The notes under the pieces: generated by a model
Told to the model about the DNA's origin: nothing
Database searches by the model: none
Seen by the model: only the letters and a program-made list of their open reading frames with translations
Assembly: GCF_009914755.1 (NCBI RefSeq)
Contig: NC_060932.1
Origin: the human T2T-CHM13v2.0 reference genome, Homo sapiens
Reading direction: 5' to 3' (one strand)
DNA: 64,000 bases
Position numbers and translations under genes: made by a program
Shown here: positions 59,001 to 64,000 of the stretch, piece by piece
Layout of the letters: each line of letters begins with the position of its first letter
Numbering within the stretch: the first letter of the stretch is position 1

Positions 59001-59677
59001 ACCCCTTACATCTTTTCTTATTGCCTTCCATACTTCCCAGTTCTGAGGCTATGAAGATCCTTCTACAGCATCTTCTAAAAGCAGTGTGGTATGTCTCATG
59101 GTTAGATCTGGAACCTGTCTTTTCTGAGCTTCTATGGCACACGTCTGTTTCATCCTCCTAACCCAGGGCTGGAGTCGCCCCAGACGTGACAGGGGAGTTC
59201 CCACAAGGGAGTATACCAAACCCTCAGAGAAGGAACCAATTGGGATCCCAAAGAAGCACTAAATGCCAGCTCAGAGCATTAATTAGGGGAACATTGGCAT
59301 AGAGAGCTGCAGCTGGCCTCGAAACCGACAGTGAGAGACAAGGTGTTCTACCCAGGTGTGCCTGCATTGAGGAGCCAGGGTATGGGGTGTATGAGCAGCT
59401 TTAAGGCACTGGGTTCCAGGCATGAAGAGGCTGTGTCTAGCTCTGCCATTTGCTGCTCCGCAGTCCCTGGGGCCTCCAGTTCCTCATCTGTGACATTGGG
59501 TTGTCGTGACCCTTCTCTCCAAGGACTGTCGTGTGGGACAGCAGTCCTGTCCTGTGCAGTGGACCTCAGAGGGCACTTGCACTGTCCCCAGTGTCCTTCA
59601 TTTTTATAGTCTCTCAGCCACTCTTAGATATCCACTTTTTATCCCCATTTAAATATCCAGAAATGAAGGCCCTGTTG

Positions 59678-59860
59678 ATGGTTCTCAAGGGGGTCCCCAG
59701 ACCAGCAGCATTAGCTCACCTTGGAATGTGTGAGAAATGCACACCTGAGCCCCCCAAGACCTGCTGAGTCAGCGCCTGGAGGGGGAGCAGGAGAGGACCC
59801 TGCCCCCAGTGCTTAATCCGCCTTCAGTGATTCTGATGCTGTAGCGCTTGAGTACCACTG
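59678..59860. mobile_element. MER5A/B DNA transposon
   Basis: GGTTCTCAAGGGGGTCCCCAGACCAGCAGCATTAGC...GTGATTCTGATGC...TTGAGTACCACTG. Confidence 0.65.
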
Positions 59861-60145
59861 AAGGAACTTCCCCGGCGTTGGAACCTGCGTGTACCTGACT
59901 CAGGCCCATTCTTCTACGACCGACCGCCCTAAACTACCAGCCACTTAGCTTTTGGATTAGGTAGAATGATGTTATTTGAGGAAAGTAAATCATTTGTCCC
60001 CTGAAGAAAAGTGGGTATGCTTTCCTTATGCTCCCTCTTCCTCCTACACGGGGACCACGGGGAAGCCAGGCCCCTGGTGATGTGGAATGGACCTTGAGGT
60101 CCTCATCTCAGTGGTAGGCTGAGCTGTCCTGTTTGTTTCTTGCAG

Positions 60146-60219
60146 CTGCTCAGATGGAAGATAAAAAGCCCTTTATCCTGTCTTCCATGAGGCTTCCTCT
60201 CCTGGACACCAACAGCAAG
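60146..60219 (+). CDS. MROH1: MROH1 coding exon 11 (AAQMEDKKPFILSSMRLPLLDTNSK)
   Basis: tttcttgcag acceptor, AAG|GTAAAC donor, 74 nt phase 1->0. Confidence 0.94.
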
Positions 60220-62002
60220 GTAAACCACATGGGCCAGCCCAGGCTGCACCACCACACCACAGGCAGCTGCAGGGTGTGGCCAGGCTGTGCTGTGAGATCA
60301 CCCACCAACCAGGCGGCCACCACCCTTGGCTGGACTGAGCTTGGGAACAAAGGATGACAGTGTGCCATTCAGTGTGTGGCTGGTGCTTTTCCCACATCTC
60401 ACTCAGGAAACAGTCCCCAAGGCCACCCTACACTGGCACCAGTTATAGGCCCGCGGGTCCCTAGCCCCTCCTTCAGGCTCAGTTGTTCTCTAGAAGGACC
60501 TGGAACTCACAGTGCTGCTCTGCTCGCGGTGATTGCAGCAAAAGGATGCAGGTCCACGTCAGCCATGGTTGGGGTGCCTGGGACAGAATCCAGGAGGGCC
60601 CACACACAGAGCTCCCAGCCATCCTCCCCTGGGGTCGCGGACAGTGTTAGACCCCCCGCCCCTCTTCACAGCAGCAATGTGGGTCACAGAGCATCACAAC
60701 CAGGGAAGCTCCTGCCTTGGGGTCTGTCATGTGGACCCGGTTGGCGCCCTCGTGGCTGAGCTATCTCCAGCCCCTCTGGAGGTGGAGCTGATGCCACGTG
60801 GCCCGTAGCCTCCACCTGTCACATGAGACCATCTGGTGTGGCCTAAGACCCCAGGTGGACAAGAACATTCTTACTAGGCCAGATGTTTGGGGCTTAGTGA
60901 TGACCTCCCAGGACCCCAGGGCAGAGGCCAGGCCTAGCTTTGGGCGGGTGGATCTTTGCGAAAGTTAGGACTGCACCCAGGTTTGCACCCAGGTTACCCA
61001 GGGGCTGCTGTCTTGGGTAGGACCTGCTTGCTACAGGGGGAACAGAGACCCTTAGCCTTCTCGGGGGCTGCTCCAGCCTTTGTGCTGGGCCTCCTCTTGA
61101 GGTCCTTCTGTGAGACTCTTGTTGTTTCCCCAGAAGGTACTGAAACGGACCCCATGCCACATCTGTTGCGGTGCTCCTTACGTGTTCCACACACTCCCCA
61201 ACGTTCAAAGCTCTTCTCCCCACCGTACCCCTGAAAGGGTCTTTTGGTCCTTTTGGACACCACCTGCAATGCCAGGTGGCTAAACGCACACAGTCTGGGC
61301 AGTCTGAGACCAACCGGCTCGCTCCTCCACACCCACCCTGTTCTCTGAGATAGCACAAGGAGGAAGTGCTTGGGGAAGCCTCCTCGGGGTGGGGATGCTG
61401 GACGTGAGAGCTGAAGGGGCAGAGGCGTGGTCACGATGCTGGAGAAAAGGATCCCCAGGGAGGGCAGCATGGGCAGAAGCCATGGCTCAGGGGAAGGGCT
61501 GGTTGCGCCACATTGGCCTGGCTGTGCCTCCGAGTCACCAGGCATGGTTACTGGGCGAGGCTGGACATGCAGGCTCAACTCCTGCATGTCCCTATGGTAC
61601 ACCCCAGGAAACATGGGGATCACACGAGAGAAGCTAGCTCAGAAAGACAGCAGCCCCACCCCCTGAGGCCAGGGTGAGCCCCAGACGGAGGGATGGGTGT
61701 ATTTGGAGCCTGGGAAGGGCAGCTGCCAGTGCCCAGGAGGCTGGGGGTTGGGGGCAGGGTGGCTTTGGGTGGAGCCCTCAGCAGAGCAGCTCTCTTGGAG
61801 TTGGGGTGCAGCTTGATGGAAGTGGATGGAGGAGGGAAAGTAAGTGAGATGCTCTCCTCTGGCAGCAGGGGAGGGAGGCAAAGGGAACTGGAGGAGAAGA
61901 ATCCTTCCCTACGGACCTGAGCACATCCACAAGCTGGCAGGAAGGCTGCCTTCCAGGGGCAAAGGGGCCTTCACACAGCTTAGGGACAGAGAAAAAAGCA
62001 GA

Positions 62003-62532
62003 CACAGGCGCAGGTGCAGGTGCAGGTACAGGTACATCCAGGTACAGGTGTGGGTGCAGACCCAGGTAGGTAGGTATAGATATGGGTGTGAGTGCAGGCT
62101 TAGGTGTGGATGCAGGTAATTATAGGTATGGGTGTTGGTGCTGGCACAGGTGTGGAGGAAGGTAGGTTCAGGTACAGGTGTGGGAGCAGGCATAGGTGTG
62201 GATGTGGGTGCAGGTAGGTACAGATGCAGGTATGGATGCAGGCACAGGTGCAAGTGTGGGTGCAGGCATAGGTGTGGGTATAGGTGTGGGCGTTGGCACA
62301 GGTATGTGGGTACAGGCCCAGGCCCAGGTATGTGGGTACAGGCCCAGGTATGGATACAGGTAGGTACAGGTGTGGGTACAGGTGCAGGCCCAGATGTGGG
62401 TGCAGGTAGATCCAGGTACAGATGTGGAGGTAGGTCCAGGTACAGGTGTGGATTCAGGTGCAGGCCCAGGTATGGGTGCAGGTACAGGTGTCAGTGTAAC
62501 TGCAGTTGTGGGCACATGTGTGGATGTGGGTG
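62003..62532. repeat. Degenerate hexamer array (CAGGTA/CAGGTG/GGTGTG)
   Basis: Direct inspection. Confidence 0.9.
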
Positions 62533-62621
62533 GGAGGAAGACTGAGGTTCCTCTCTGCTGGCTGGACTGGCATGGCAGTCTCTGCGTCCCCTTCCTGATC
62601 TCCCATTTGTTCTCTGGGCAG

Positions 62622-62744
62622 GTGAAGCGGGCAGTGGTGCAGGTGATTAGCGCCATGGCCCACCACGGCTACCTGGAGCAGCCTGGAGGTGAGGCGATGA
62701 TCGAGTACATCGTGCAGCAGTGCGCGCTGCCCCCCGAGCAGGAG
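62622..62744 (+). CDS. MROH1: MROH1 coding exon 12 (VKRAVVQVISAMAHHGYLEQPGGEAMIEYIVQQCALPPEQE); gene continues beyond window
   Basis: pyrimidine tract + ggcag acceptor, GAG|GTAAGG donor, 123 nt phase 0->0. Confidence 0.95.
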
Positions 62745-64000
62745 GTAAGGGGCTGCCACCTTGCCTGCCTCCTAGGCCCACGCTGCCCCTGGCCTGTGTT
62801 AGGCACTGGCATCAGGAGCCACTGGCCCAGCAGAGGGTGGATATGTGGGCTGCAGTCTGCGTGCGGAGGTGCCCTCTGCTGTCTTTTGTTTAATAGAGAC
62901 AGGGTCTTGCTTCTGTGGCCCAGGCTGGAGTGCAGTGGCTGTTCTCAGGTGTGATCATAGCACACTGCAGCCTGGAACTCCTGGGATCAGGAGACCCTCC
63001 CGCCTCAGCCCCCCAAGACTACAGGCACATGCGTGCCTGGCTCCCTCTGGTTTCTCAGTCAGAGCCTCTGCATTGAGCCAGTCCTCTCAGCAGCTCCCAG
63101 GACTCAGAACGCAGAAGCAGGAAATGGAGAGTTTGTCCTATTTGGGGCTTTTCTATTTAAGAAGTTACTGTACAAATGCCAATTTCTTGAAGGAGAGCAA
63201 GGTAGAACGTGGTGAAATAACCCACAGATGGTCTAGACAGCCCTCTGTCACCCTGAGCTGCAGCCCGCTGGCTGCTGAGCGCATCGGTGCTTGAGTCCCT
63301 GCAGCTCTGGGTCTGGTTCTTCAAGTTGGCAAAGCTGGTCTGTCCACCAAGGCCAGCTCAGAACAGACACGCCGCCCTCCTTGTGTTCTCGTGACCATCA
63401 CTGTGGTGCCCACTGTGCCCCAAGTGGGATACGTGAATTTAACTGGAAACATCTGAGCTCAGTGACTGCATGCTGTGATGTTGCCTCTAAGTGCGTGGTC
63501 GTCAGTGAGGAAGCCGCACACATGCCTGTTCTGCAGGCCCCAGCAGGTGGGCCGCCACCAGCTCAGCTGATTCTGACCTCAGCGTCTCCATGGCAGCTCC
63601 ACGGGTCGTTAGGCATGAACTGGAGAGCCAAGGCCTCTGTTTTAGTCTTTCAGTTCCCAAGAGTTTGGGAGTTGGAGGTTTCTTTGAATATTAGAAAATG
63701 TTATTAAGGTTTTCTAAAACCAAAAGAAAAACCATTTTGAATAGGATGGAATCTAACACTCAGATATTTATATCTATGTAATAATAATTATTATTATTTT
63801 TGAGACAGGGTCTCGCTCTGCCAGCCAGACTGGAGTGCATTGGCGAGATCACAGCTCACTGCAGCCTTGAACTGTGCTGAAGCGATCATCCTACCTCAGC
63901 CTCCTGAGTAGCTGGGACTACAGGCTCATGCCACCACACCTGGCTAATTTTTTATTTTTTGTAGAGACGAGATCACACTATGTTGCCCAGGTTGCTTTCG

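Noticed and set aside
62132-62621. Cys/Arg/Gly-rich and Gly/Val-rich ORFs upstream of exon 12
   Set aside because: Hexamer low-complexity repeat; the real acceptor is at 62621.

Overview
Primate (very likely human) genomic DNA, GC-rich and very Alu-dense. It holds the 5' coding half of MROH1 (HEATR7A, maestro HEAT-repeat family member 1; human 8q24.3 from memory) on the + strand. Twelve GT-AG coding exons from the ATG at 2550 to 62744 join with matching phases into 1338 nt / 446 codons (MTESSMKKLASTLLDAITDK...QQCALPPEQE); the gene continues past the window. The 20.8-kb intron (39359-60145) contains a phase-compatible alternative terminal exon (51822-~52300, predicted 422-aa isoform) whose AATAAA lies inside a MER53 DNA transposon with an intact 8-bp TSD. 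The introns also contain about six minisatellite/low-complexity arrays, several solo LTRs, Tigger4, MER5/MER58, MIR and old L1 fragments. Nearly all ORFs in the supplied track are Alu- or repeat-derived artefacts. I found no evidence of a new multi-gene system. The best leads are transposon-supplied isoform truncation, two uORFs, a candidate poison exon and structured repeat arrays. Repeat family names come from recalled consensus sequences and their boundaries are approximate.
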